The notes below the pieces were generated by a model. It did no database searches. It was given only the letters and a program-made list of their open reading frames with translations, and had not been told where the DNA came from. Shown piece by piece: positions 11,633-23,796 of a stretch of DNA of 64,000 bases (its first letter is position 1; every line of letters begins with the position of its first letter). The DNA comes from Psammoneis japonica. Its lineage: Eukaryota. Position numbers and translations under genes: made by a program. The stretch spans positions 520,182 to 584,181 of the forward strand of contig QPGO01000036.1 in NCBI GenBank assembly GCA_008632985.1, written 5' to 3'.

Positions 11633-12190
11633 CCAACTAGCCAGCTCTAGGAAACTGGTGTCTGACACCTGTTCATTCCGTCCGTAGAAGGGCGGATAGA
11701 CTGACAATAATTATTTCTGGTTCTCTTCTACACAATTTCTACGTAATGACTCTGAGAGCAAAACGTGCACTGTAAAGATTCTACGGACGTTCATAATGTA
11801 TCATAAGTAATTTTGGCACTTTCCGTCAGAGGTCATTTTCGAAAGATTCCCATTGATATGATCTTTTTCAATATCTAAGAAAAAGTCGCGGGAAACACGC
11901 GGTCGGCATGACCGTTATCAGAACAGATATTTTATTTAGGGTGCGACTTAATTTTTGACCGATGCACACACGAGACATGCTTTGTAGGCACGTGTTCAGC
12001 TTGTGTAGTGTACAGTACTGCACAGTAGGCTCCACGTGATGAAGGCCAGGTACTGTAATGACAAGTGTCTTGCACACCGCCCCCTTCTCGAAGCTCAAAG
12101 CCATCATCTAGGTACACTGCTACTAGCTACTTCTAGTAGCGAATCATCACATCACACAAAAAAGAAAGTAGCGTTCGCATATCCGCGATC

Positions 12191-14338
12191 ATGATAAAGC
12201 TCCTGCGTTGTGTCCTCCTTGGGGTGACCCTAGTCGGTCTTACTACTTGCATCAGTGCCGAAGATGCCGACGTCGACAGGTCGGGGGCCCTCCGAGGCGA
12301 GACCATAACGGGAAAGGCAAAGGCGGAAGAAGTAGCCACGGTTGCGACGTCTCAGACGGCGAGACGGGCCAAACCCGAACCCAAATCTAATCCACCCTCC
12401 TGTGATACGACAGCAACGTCGGGAGATTTTGGCAGCCTTACCAATCCATACGATGTAGTCGTGGTGGGCCTGGGATGGGCCGGGATCCATGTACTCAAGG
12501 AGCTTCAGAACTACAAGGATTTTCTTGCGGCGAATGGTGGTACGAACTGCGACTTCAAGTTTGTAGGCCTCGAGTATGAAGCCGATGCTGGCGGACGTGC
12601 ACGAGCTGCCGAGCTCAGTTCGGGTGGCGGAAATCCCATCGACGAGTACATCTGGAAGTTCTTCAAGAACGATTTGGTCGTGACTGCACAAAAGTGGAGC
12701 GATGTAGCATATCATATGCCCGATGGTACGGAGATTGAGAGCAAGATTTTGAACGAACAGTTGAATGCGTGGGCCACTGCGTATGAATGTCTACAAGAGA
12801 AGGCCGAGGATGGCGCATTCCGGTCTGCTGACATGGATACTATTCTGAAAAACGAGTGTTCGTGGGATGTGACGGCCGCTTCTTCGAGTCTATCAGACAA
12901 AACGGCAGCGGCCCTGAAGAAAACTCTTGCATGGTACGAGCAGCAATATGAGTTCCTTCAATCGCATGGCAACTCAAACGCATTTGGGAATGTCCCCCTC
13001 CTCACTTATACCGGGGAGTACATAGACAGAGACTACTTCATTACTGCCGAGAGGAACAGCGCCACGATCGCTGAGGCCGTGTTCAACAAGTATGTCATTT
13101 CTCAAGGTGGATACAGCCCAAATGATGTTCAAAGGTTGAATACATTGGTCACGCAGATTGATTGGACGAACGATCCTATTGAAGTAGTCAGTGTCAGCAC
13201 CATCACACCAAGCGTCCCGAATACATATTATGCGCGCAACGTAAGTAGACCTGTGAAGACGTGAGGGCGAAGATTGAAATTGCGTCGAGTCGGAGTCTAA
13301 CTTTCTTGTTGCCTCTGCTGTACATGATTGTAGGTTGTCGTTACGGCAAGTACTGGTATGATGAAAAAGTACTTGGACGTGTCAGATCCCTTTGTCAACG
13401 GAGCCTTTTTTGAACCCAAACTTCCACCTGAGAAGCTGACGAGCATCAAGAATCTCTTCTTTAAGCAAGATAGCGGATTTCGCGACGACCTAGGCTTGTA
13501 CAAGAAGCTCTGGGTGCGATTCAATCAGACTACGTGGACAAATGACATCAAACCGAATACTCCAAATACGGAGTTCACTTTTGTGGTTCCGGTCGAGGGT
13601 CAGATTGATTATTCGAATCCCAACATCCAGGACTCCGAAGTGTTCTGTAGCATTTGGCAGCATCTCGATACTGGATTCAAGAAGGGGTTTTTCGAAGACA
13701 GTAAGGCATTTGTATGTACCCTTGTTTCGAAGGAGTTTGACAGTGCGTGGGATGCAACGACAAAGATGATCCCGGACGCCACGTTGAAGGAGATTATCAA
13801 GCTGAGCCTTCTAAAGGGAGTTTTGGGTTTCACTGATTCAAAGGCGACTGTTTTGGCGAATAAGTGCCAACGTAAGACGGGCGACCCAGGACTATTCCCT
13901 CCTACAACCGTTCAAGATGAATGTGAGTTTTACATCTTTGATGGCCCCGAGCTCGCAGACACCCTTAACGCCTCCGACCCCACGGTTGATCGTCTTTGGA
14001 ATGGTGGATGGCCTCATTTCTCCCCGGGATGGACCGAGGATGAGTTTGCATGCGCACGGGCGAATTTGCAGAATGAGACAAGCTGCGTCGATGGTGGCGA
14101 TAACGCCAGGTTGTGGTTTGCTAGCGATGCGCTCTGCCGTCGCTTCCACGGTTTCCAACACGGAGCTGTACAGTATGGTACCCAGATCGGGAACGCAATC
14201 GCTAGGGCAGAATTGTCCTCACCGTCAGATGCTACATTCCTTGATTTGTGGAAGAACGAATACGAAAATCCCGAGTTCTGTGACGACATTCCTGTTGGCG
14301 GCCCAGGCAACTATCGGAAGTCAAAGACATCGGCCTAG
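12191..14338 (+). CDS. Secreted flavin-containing amine oxidase-like protein (2 exons: 12191-13240, 13334-14338)
   Basis: Signal peptide. Rossmann motif DVVVVGLGWAG..E....GGR. C-terminal LWFASDA..HGFQHGA. A phase-0 GTAAGT..TAG intron joins the two ORFs in frame. Confidence 0.8.
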
Positions 14339-14784
14339 CATGACAGTGCAGTGTGTGTGTTCGCAACTTACAAGGGGCGGTGATTTCATATTATGCACTA
14401 CTCTATTTCCTTCACGAAATTGGTGGTTCTAGCGTTGCACGTTGAAACGAACTAACTAACGTATAACATTTATGCATCGACAGCATGTAACTTGATGTGG
14501 ATGTCAACGATAGCAAATGATTTGTGACAACACTATACACCAACAAGCAATTACCATTCACCCCAAATGGAGGGCAGACAACCTGCCATGCGCCATCTAC
14601 AATACACTACGCGCTGCGATCGAATAAATCCCACACTTGATCCGAACCCTAGTGTCAGAAAACCAATCGTAAGAAGAAATGCTTGACATGACCCCGTTGC
14701 GTCCTGGTTCACTCGGTTAGGACAGGAGCGAATGACTCTTGAATTCAAAAACATCATGAACACAGACCCAGCAGGTAGATAAAC

Positions 14785-17310
14785 CACCCTTCTTGATTGC
14801 TTCTCAGAGGTGGGAAGATGAGTCTTGAGACTCCATGCTGGACCTGGGCTGTTGGGACACGAAATCATCCATTTTGCCACAACCTGAATGCCTTAACCAC
14901 CAACTCCTCATGGGTGGCTTCAGCCATGGTTGTGTCCAAGGGAGGTGCCTCTGCAGATGATCCAGCAGGGGCTGACATTGTGATTTTTCTTTTTCTGCAG
15001 AGAACAAACTCTGTCTCAGGAGCCAGAGCAGCCAACTGTTCCTCTGGAATGTTTTGGAGTTGTTGTGCAAGGGCCATGACTTGCTGCTGATTCTCACATC
15101 ATGGCTTCTCCTGTGGCACTTCCATTGCCTGCCAGCACTGCTGTTTGATCCAGCCCATGTGGCAGCCATGATCACATTGCATCTTTGGCACCTTCCAGCT
15201 CAACACACCAACACACTTCAGAGTGGAAAGTCACATCAAATGCAGTGGCAATTCCTGGTGGGGCACTGAGCCGGGATGCAGAGAGCCTGTACACAGGTTT
15301 GAAAGCCACCACAAATTCCAGCAATTTTTGGAACTGGCGGCACTCAGAAGGTTGAATTGGATGTCTTGAGCTGGAAAGAGAAATGCCCGACAATGCAAAG
15401 AAACACCAGCTGTGGAGGCTGGCAGTTTCAGTTGATTGAGCAGCATCAGACATGTCATTGGTCATCTCAGGATCCTGAGATTGGGGTTGGGGCATGACCT
15501 GCCAAAGGAGCCACATCAGCTGACAGCAGTTGAGAAGAGGGGCATGTCTTCTTGTTGGAGATGCTGGTGTTGTTGGATGACATTTTGGTGGGGATTGAGC
15601 AGCAGGTTCAACCATTGTTTTCACCCACCCAACATGCAAGGAATCTGACTTGTGCGCATTTTTGAGACTGGAGGTGAGAATGTCTGGGGAGGTCAGACAA
15701 TGGAGTTTGTGACAGTTGTTCAGAGCTGGCAGAACTGACACACAGTTCTTGCTGCAAGGGCTGGTCATTGCAGGAGTGCTGCAGTTTGTTTCACTTTTCT
15801 TGTGTGCATGAGTGGACAAGGCTTTTTGGGCTCCACAACCTGCAGTGCCTTGGTTCTGTCTGGGGTCAACATCAGGGTTTCAAGCTGCCTGGCACAGGAG
15901 ATGTTGAAGCTGTTGGGTCACATGTGGCACACTCCATTGCCATTCATTGGAGCACTTTTGATGTGCTGTGGCCCCAGGGCACCAAGAGAGCAACTTGCAG
16001 CTTCTCCAAGTGCTCTGAGAACTGGAGTGCCCCATCAAATGGCATGTCACCACCAGCGCTCTTTTTGCTCAGAAGGTCATCACTGGCATTGCACACACTG
16101 ACTCTTGCTGGGGAGCAAGTTGATGTTCTGCCTTGGAAGCAATGCAGAGGCCACCTGTCTCACTGCCATCTTCCTGCCAGCATGCATCATCCACAAAAAA
16201 GTCTCTGCAATGTCAGATGGTGGCAGAGAAGTTTTGTGTTTGCAGCTGAGCTAAGAGCGCTCCATGCCAGCAGTTGGAGGAATCTTGCCATTGTTCTCTC
16301 CTTCAAACATTGAAAACTTGGCTCTGCAACAAGCCATGTGCACTTGCACAAAAATCATGCTGAATTTTTACACAGAAAAAATCACAAAAAACAGGGTGTT
16401 TGGGCTGGCATTTTTCTCGTGCTTCTGCCGCACTTTTCTGCTCAGCCCAGTCCTCAAGGAATCATTTCCCCCTGAAGCTGTTAACAGCTCACATGATGAC
16501 TTTCTCACAAGCAACATGACTCCATGCATGAACAATTGAAAATTCCATTTTCAGAATTTTGGTCAACACTTCGTTGTGGGCCCACTGCAGCAAACATTTT
16601 CCAAGGTGCGTGGAGCTTTGCTGCATTGCAGACATCATCAAGTTTGATGTTAAAAAGCAAGTGCACAAAGTGCCAGCCATTGTGGCTGAAATTGGTTCCT
16701 TGAGGTTGTGGCCTTCTTTTTCACAAAGCATGGGAAAAGCACAACAAGAAACAAGGTGTTCTGTGTGAATTTTCTACGTAAGTTTTGCACCAGAAATCAG
16801 CCCAAACTCTGTTTTTTTGGGACTCACAACCCCTGCACATGGCCCATCTTGACAGTGCAACATGCACTGCAACAAAGACAGTTGAACAGGTGTTAGTGCA
16901 AAGACAGGTGATGCCACAAAAGTGCGTGCCTGCAGGCTTCACAATCCCCGTGCTTTTCCAAGCACTGTTTCCCAAAAGGAGTCAAAAACAGTCAGGCAAC
17001 TTCCTCCACTGCAATCATTTTTTCCACACACCAAAAGAGCACCTGTGATGTTGACACACTGTGAGATTGTGAAATGCCAGTGCCAGAAATCTCTGTGAAG
17101 CTGGGGCCATTTGGGTCATCGACTGTGAGGAGGGTGTGCCAGCATCTGCTTTGCCGCTTTGAGGACAATCTGCACCTGCAGGACACTGAACACTTTTGAG
17201 ATGAATTGACATCAAGCACATCAACAACAGCAGCCAGGTGCTGCCACTGCAAAAGTCTCACTCCTGACTTCGGCCAATGCTGTTGTGCACCTTGCTGTTT
17301 GACCTCACAG
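14785..17310. repeat. Unclassified decayed repeat/TE block, depleted of TpA and CpG
   Basis: Very few TA or CG dinucleotides, TG/CA-rich, and only Cys/His-rich spurious ORFs. Confidence 0.6.
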
Positions 17311-17394
17311 CTTGGATAAATGTCCGATAAAGCGGCCCTGCCTCAGCTGCTTCATTGCTTGTTTGTTACATTTGATGGAGAATCTTCTGCACCG

Positions 17395-17476
17395 ATTCGT
17401 TCGTTCGTTCGTTCGTTCGTTCGTTTGTTCCTTCGTTCCAGAGAGACAGAGAGAGAGAGAGAGAGAGACAGAGAGA
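17395..17476. repeat. Microsatellites (TTCG)n then (GA)n
   Basis: Directly visible. Confidence 0.9.
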
Positions 17477-17696
17477 ACGGCTCGCGTAGTGTCGACATGC
17501 TGAAAAACTCAAGAAAACCCATCAAGTTGTTATAACGATCTCTAGACAAGGCTTCATCAGGCTTATGAATCCTTGCTCTAGGGTAGCTGTCGTTTCATAG
17601 TCACTGAAAGCAGGTCTAAATTTTGAGAAGAATGGTAGATCATGATTTTTTTGGCGCACTTTTCTCTCAGTAGCGCACCATACAATACTGTCTAGA

Positions 17697-18737
17697 TTAC
17701 TTGTCGTTCCTCCACATTTTGTAAACACTATGCATAAGTTGAGTTGTACGGTCCCAAGTTTTGCCAAAGTTCCCAACCACTCGCGTGCCCGACTCATAGG
17801 TTCGTTCCAGAAAGTGGTCGGACAGTTCGTTTCTGACAAAGTTTAGATTTTGCTGCATACAGCCTAGCACCTTGACTGAAGCCTTGGAGAAACGTTCCGT
17901 GAACATTTCTTGACCTTTTCTGGAAGTCTGTTGCTTTCGTACCGTGCTCTTGTCCTTCCTGTCGATTGATTCAGAGGATTCAATGTTCATCACGTTCCTG
18001 TCCTTGTTGTCGCCTTCAGAGACTGTGTTACGCTTGTTTTGCATAACTTGTTCTTCGTCTTCATCATCGCCATTGTAGTAATCACCAACGAGATTGACTT
18101 CGAGTGGACCAGCTCGAATCGTTCCAATTACACCTCCGCCGTGTTCTTTTGTACCAACATCACGAATGGAAACTCCCAAACGACAATCGGGTGCCACTCC
18201 GGCAATTGTTTCTTTCTGAGAACTGTTTGTTTCACGTAATACCAATAATTGTACTTGGGTCGATCCATAGCACGACCACTCATGCCACTCCTCTTCACCT
18301 TCAGGTGACGTACGGCGTTGTTTCTCAGGCATATTATCCTTTTCTTCCTTGTAAATGAGTGCTTGATTCTGCAAAAGCAACGTCAGTTTCTCTACATGAG
18401 CCGTATCATTATTGGTACCAGGTTGGCTCCTTCCATTTGCGTTACTGTATCCGGCTTGATCCATGACGACTCGTTCAAAAGCGTCGGTTGCCTCCTGTCT
18501 CGAACACGTGGGCATGTCGCGCACGTGCTCCAGTCGCGACTGAATTCCAAAGCAAGTGCCAGGACTCCCAACCTCTTGAGACGAAACTCCCAATGCACCT
18601 CGACATGTATATTGGAAAATACTGGGATAGTAGAGCGGCTCTTCCTTTCTTCGCTTCTGGTGAAGCTGCTTTGCTACCAAAATACTGTTTTTGGAAAAGT
18701 TGTTTGCGGACGGCGGTGTTTTCGGGGCGTCTTTCAT
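17697..18737 (-). CDS. Hypothetical protein (346 aa)
   Basis: Long single ATG-initiated ORF of normal composition, including Tyr, in TA-normal DNA. Confidence 0.65.
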   Translation of the reverse strand: MKDAPKTPPSANNFSKNSILVAKQLHQKRRKEEPLYYPSIFQYTCRGALGVSSQEVGSPGTCFGIQSRLEHVRDMPTCSRQEATDAFERVVMDQAGYSNANGRSQPGTNNDTAHVEKLTLLLQNQALIYKEEKDNMPEKQRRTSPEGEEEWHEWSCYGSTQVQLLVLRETNSSQKETIAGVAPDCRLGVSIRDVGTKEHGGGVIGTIRAGPLEVNLVGDYYNGDDEDEEQVMQNKRNTVSEGDNKDRNVMNIESSESIDRKDKSTVRKQQTSRKGQEMFTERFSKASVKVLGCMQQNLNFVRNELSDHFLERTYESGTRVVGNFGKTWDRTTQLMHSVYKMWRNDK

Positions 18738-18962
18738 GTTTTCTGTCAGGCGAGTTTCTCAGATAGATAAGTCAAACGACGCAAAGTTGCAAGAGACTAA
18801 GAAAAGAGATGCAGGTACCGTACCGGTACAACAGAATAACCTTCTGCTGGGCAATCGAAGAGCTGTTATTGTTTCAAAGGTGCTTCGTTGTTGTGCATTC
18901 AGCGAAAGCGAAGAAGCGAGAACGCCGAAGAGGGACGACTGCGTACGGTTCAGTACACTTTC

Positions 18963-20015
18963 TACGTAAAATTGAATTTCTCTGTCGACGGTCGGACGTC
19001 GGAGGGAGAAAATCGAAATCAAAAAATCGAAAACACACTTATCGGACGTGTTGGTTGCTGTTGCTGTCCAACCAACAACATCGCTATTAGAATAGAGGTT
19101 ATCGCTGTTTTATGGGCCTGTAAAAAGAAAAGAAAGCAACAATGAAGGAGCACGAGCTTGAAGTTGGTTCTTTAGTTCGTGTTCAGGGTCGCTTCTAAAA
19201 AGGTGAGAAAAGACGCCGCCGACCGCCGACTGCCGACTGACTGGTCAAGCCACCGTTGCAACCGTTGAATAGGCAAAGGGCGAAACAACCTGCTGCGTCT
19301 TGATGCAAGATTCAGCACCTCGACTACTCTTAGAGAGCCAGCCAGCAGTCGTCCTTTATAATCTTTCCAAATTCCGAGTCGCGGCGAGATGATAAAGAAG
19401 AAGAAAAAACATTGTCGGGTCTGTGCTGGAGTTTGAAGACCAAATTAAAGTATCATTGTCAGGCTCATACTGTGCGTTCAAAGAATGAGACGACTCCTTG
19501 TTCCAGCTGGATGATGCCATCATGGCTGCGTCTTGGTGCGAAGCTGCTCTGGCAACATCCAGGGACTTGACTGTCGGCAGTGTTATCGCAGCAAAGTTGA
19601 CGCAATACAAGAGCATTCAAATTTACGAAGTTGGCTGTTGTCAGGAGGATTCTGTGGATGAGATTTCGTGTCAAACCAATGAAGAAGTAACTATAGCACA
19701 TTACAAGTACTTCTGTTTTGCTAATTGACAAGGAAAACACCCAAGAACGAATTTTGCACAATCTCTCACGGAGCATGAAGCAACTCACTGGACTGCTCCA
19801 CAAGTCTGCACAGAACCTTCTTTTTGAATACCGATAGGTGGCAGCCTGGGTTTGTACGTTGGCATTGGAAATGCTGACGTACAACAAACAAGAACACGAA
19901 ACATCGTCACAGCCACTGCAAGAAACCGCACCCCTGATGCGAGCCAAGGCCTTGGCTGAATTGCAAAATGGATATTGGCACGTGATTCAATTCGACGACT
20001 ACTTGTATTGCATCC
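18963..20015 (+). repeat. ~1-kb dispersed direct duplication, copy 1 (pseudogene-like)
   Basis: Colinear with 23797-24870, e.g. TGAATTTCTCTGTCGACGGTCGGACGTCGGAGGGAGAAAATCGAA and ATGAAGGAGCACGAGCTTGAAGTTGG. ORFs are broken. Confidence 0.9.
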
Positions 20016-21291
20016 AAGATAGGCCAATACACGAAGTCGAATTTCATGGAAAACAACTACAATAGGTCGGAACCAGGATTTGGTAACTACAAATCAATGG
20101 GAAGCGAAGCAAAGCGAATTTGTGACCTTGGATATTACCAGAATGCGGATAATGAGCCAATGCGAAGCTGGAACAGTGGAGTTTGGGTGTTTGCAAATCG
20201 TGCTTTCCCGGCCCTCCAGCAGTGCCTCCCTAATGCTGAAATGGGGATCGACGCGGGAGGACCATACAACGGGAATTCAGACAAACCTATCCATCTGAAT
20301 GAAGCTACCGTAAGTGGAAGCGTGAAGAAGCATCGTTGGACTGTTGTTGAATTGAAGTGCTTGTTGTCTAATTCTCGTGTCCTCGACCCCAAGCTTACAT
20401 GCAGTGGTCTGACCAAGAACCCTACCGTCGTGAACGTTTGTTTGGTGGTCAACAGCGCGGACCAAGATTTCTCCCGAAGCTGTACGACTGTTACCATTGG
20501 AACCGCAGTGGCTGGCAAGTTCCCCCCGAAATTCAAGGCGGTTACCTGTGGTACATCTCGCGCCTTCGTCAAGTTCTCGAAAGGTTTGATAGGCGCACCA
20601 CATTCAAGAGAGGCCAGATTGGCTACGAGACATCGAAACGAAAAGCATCTGCTTCCTTGGTAGCCATAAAGAATCAATGTGCTAGGATCTCTCATTAAGC
20701 TCACTCTGTCAATGGAATCCATTGAGAATCTCCGAATGGCTGCTCCCGGGTTCTCAGATGACATTGGTAGAAAAGCAAGTACCACCTGTGCTATCGCTCT
20801 TGTTGTCAACATCATCAACACATACAAGGGCAGGGGTATCCTAGGTGGTGGGTTGCTTGGTCAATTGAGAAAGACAAATTTGGCTTCAGCTCGGTCCAAG
20901 AGGGAGGCGAAACAAGGGAAGAAAAGCATTGTCAAATGCCAGGTTGTCATTGGAAGGATTATGAACGAATTAGGGGAAGAGATTGTTCCCCCTTGCAATA
21001 GTTAGGAAAGAGGCGTATCTATCCCCCCCCCCTTTCCCCCGTAACCCTTAGAGATTAGTAACTTGTAACTACTCGGTCTTTACCGTGCAGTGATTACAGA
21101 ATAACCTCTAGCTAGAGCTTGATAGTTTTCCTTCCGTCCGCTGTCCTCACCGTTGCTGCGGCATTCACTGGCTGTCATGCACACTAGCTAGACGCGGGGT
21201 ATCGAGTTGAGACCATAGGCATTGCTTACTCTTAACTTGAATTGATACACCGTAAATTGCACAATCGATACGATGGATGCTGTTGATGCCC

Positions 21292-22638
21292 TCAAATCAT
21301 GACGGATGCAACAGCCAACACGATTCCAAAGGCCACACGCCATGACGCATTGTAAGCCGCCGTGCTTGGCGGTTTTGTGGTGACAATGGTGGGAGCGGGG
21401 GAGACGGTGGCCACGAGAGGATTGGACACGGCCACGACGGCATCGGATTGCGATAGGTCCGAAGTCGTATAGGCCACGTAAATGCGATTTTCAGCTGTAT
21501 TGACGGACACTTGACCCAAGCCTAAGACGCTCGAGATTGACACGGGATTTACCACCGAGGCTCCGGTCAGAGCATCGTAGAAGACAAGCGCATATTTGGC
21601 TTGGATGGTGCTCTCAACAAAAATGAGCAAACTACCATCCTTGCTGAGATACGGAGTCGTGTAGGTTTTGTCTGTCATGTTGATTTGGAACACGAAAGTT
21701 GCCGTGGGAGGCGTGCTTACATCAAAGCAGACAATGGACGAAACGTCAAAAATATAAACGTACTTGCCGTCGGGGGATACGGCGGGATTGCCTCCGGAAC
21801 TCTTCAACGTTTCTGGCAAGACGAAATCGACACGCTCCAACAAATTATTGGTTCGAAAGCGGGCCAAATAATACGTGGCACCACCGGGAGCGGAGGAATT
21901 CGTAACCGAGGCTGAAACATAGAGAAATCCATTGTTATCATCCAAACCGGGTCCGGCATTGACAACACCGAGTGGAGTGGTACTGTTACCACCCACCATG
22001 CGACCGTCTGCAGTGTTGCGTGCTTGCATCAAGACTTGATTGGTATCTTGATCCTTCGCCAAATAATACGTAACAGTGCCGTCCGACGACACAACGGGGC
22101 AGGACACAATGTTAGAATCGGATGAGGGTACCGTAAACTTGACAGTGCCACTTGAACCCTCCATAGCTCCCAAGGAAACGCCGCTGCTGTCGTTGGGGTC
22201 GGCATTTTCTTTGCTGTAAACCAAATCCGTTTCCGCCGCAGAAACCAGGAGACAATTGGCATTTTCCGACATGGCCGTGTTGGCATTCAGGGTGGATTCC
22301 AAACTTCCGGCAGAAAAGGCCGTGGCATTGATTTGAAAGTCGTTCAAGCGATCTTGAGAAAGCGTGACAAAGCCATTCTTGTACGGCTGAGACAGTCCAC
22401 GAGGAAAGGCCGTTTGATTTTGAGTTTTGGCACTAGTCAAGAGCATGCCAGCGAGATTAAGCTGGTAAATCTCACCAGTTCCGGCGTCATTGGCTGTCAC
22501 AAAGACGGCACCCTCGTTTTCTGTCACGCCCACCAACTGGATGTCGGGTCCACGCTTCGGGAGACGGTACTCCCACAGAACATCTTGAGCGTGACTGCTT
22601 GCAATCAAGAACAGCAACGTAGAAACAAAAACAATCAT
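21292..22638 (-). CDS. Secreted/cell-surface protein, probable beta-propeller with a GPI-anchor-like C-terminus (448 aa)
   Basis: Signal peptide MIVFVSTLLFLIASSHA. Repeated P.VS.DG..Y motifs (PVVSSDG, PAVSPDG, PYLSKDG). S/T/P linker and hydrophobic tail. Confidence 0.75.
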   Translation of the reverse strand: MIVFVSTLLFLIASSHAQDVLWEYRLPKRGPDIQLVGVTENEGAVFVTANDAGTGEIYQLNLAGMLLTSAKTQNQTAFPRGLSQPYKNGFVTLSQDRLNDFQINATAFSAGSLESTLNANTAMSENANCLLVSAAETDLVYSKENADPNDSSGVSLGAMEGSSGTVKFTVPSSDSNIVSCPVVSSDGTVTYYLAKDQDTNQVLMQARNTADGRMVGGNSTTPLGVVNAGPGLDDNNGFLYVSASVTNSSAPGGATYYLARFRTNNLLERVDFVLPETLKSSGGNPAVSPDGKYVYIFDVSSIVCFDVSTPPTATFVFQINMTDKTYTTPYLSKDGSLLIFVESTIQAKYALVFYDALTGASVVNPVSISSVLGLGQVSVNTAENRIYVAYTTSDLSQSDAVVAVSNPLVATVSPAPTIVTTKPPSTAAYNASWRVAFGIVLAVASVMI

Positions 22639-22799
22639 TTTCAATGGACAACAATAAAAGAGCCTCCTTGCGATAGTCAAGGGCGCAAATTGTGTTGGGG
22701 ATCGTGGCAGCCGAGAAGAATCTTTTTCTCGGACTTCTCTGCTTTCTGCAAGAAATATCTTTGGACCTTTCCGGGTCTCTTTTAAGGTGGTGTTAGTTT

Positions 22800-23795
22800 G
22801 TCGGTCAAACGAGATGATCGGGTCTTCATTTTTTCTTCCGAAACGCTTCGTGGGGGGGTGACGATGAGAAGGCGCAAGATTCTTCCGATGCCACCTTTTG
22901 TTTCCCCAACTCTTGTTCCCCAAAACAGTCACTCCATGGTGATGAATGGCTGAAATTCATCAAGACGTGTGTTGGCGCTTTGGAATGTGAGACGCACAAC
23001 TCTGCAAACAATTTCAGCACATTTGCTCTTGGCCAGTCTTCACCAGCCGCACAAAAAAGTCAACGCTGCAGAACCCCTGCTTCAAGGCACCGTTGAAGTT
23101 CCATCAGCAGCCACTCTACAAGATTGTCTGCTTTGTCATTGAGGGCAAGTGCAGCATCCATGCAGTGCCTGCACTGCCCCTCCAGAGCTGAAAGAAAAGC
23201 TGCCTCTTTTGCAGCGGCATTTTTGACAAAGGGGCCCTCACATTGATGACAGCCTCCATGCTGGACAGCTGATTTCCTGGGTCAGCATTGCAGAAATCAC
23301 AAGACATGACCAGACCCTGAGCTTTCCACCTGAAGTTGCAGCCAATCTTCAAAGGCTGGTGCTTTGTGGTTGGCAGCAAAAAAAGGGCGTCCCTCGTTGC
23401 CCTCCTCACACTGCTGGAGAGCCGTGTTGGTTCAAATTGTTGGTGCTGCACCAAAGCTTCCAAGGAGACAGATGCAAGAGAGGGTGGGCAACAACTGAAA
23501 ACATGGGGAACAATGCTGTTGATTTGACTGTGTGGCATGGTGCTCTCTGTGGGGCAACAACAGCAATGGCCGTGTTGAGCTGGGAGAGCACTGATGAGTC
23601 CAGGTGTGCGCTGGCCAAAGGTCGCTCAGCGCAGCTCAGTTGAAGATTGTGAGATGCACTCAGTGCGCACTGGCGAGTGTGCATCTAAGAGCCCTTGTGT
23701 TGTCCTGATGTTGAAAAACACCCATGCAAAAATGCACTGAGGTCAGAACAAAATCTCAGGCACAAAAGAGAGGAGGTCCTCAAAATGGCCCGGGA
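22800..23795. repeat. Decayed TpA-depleted repeat fragment
   Basis: About 2 TA in 1 kb, ending abruptly where duplication copy 2 starts. Confidence 0.55.
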
Positions 23796-23796
23796 G

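Noticed and set aside
20046..21005. ORFs 20046-20663 (+), 20135-20827 (-) and 20679-21005 (+)
   Set aside because: No recognisable motif or convincing splice model. They may be a gene fragment but cannot be supported.
22639..22932. N-terminal extension of the 546-aa ORF
   Set aside because: It begins at a non-ATG codon in repeat-derived DNA, and the signal peptide starts at ATG 22638.
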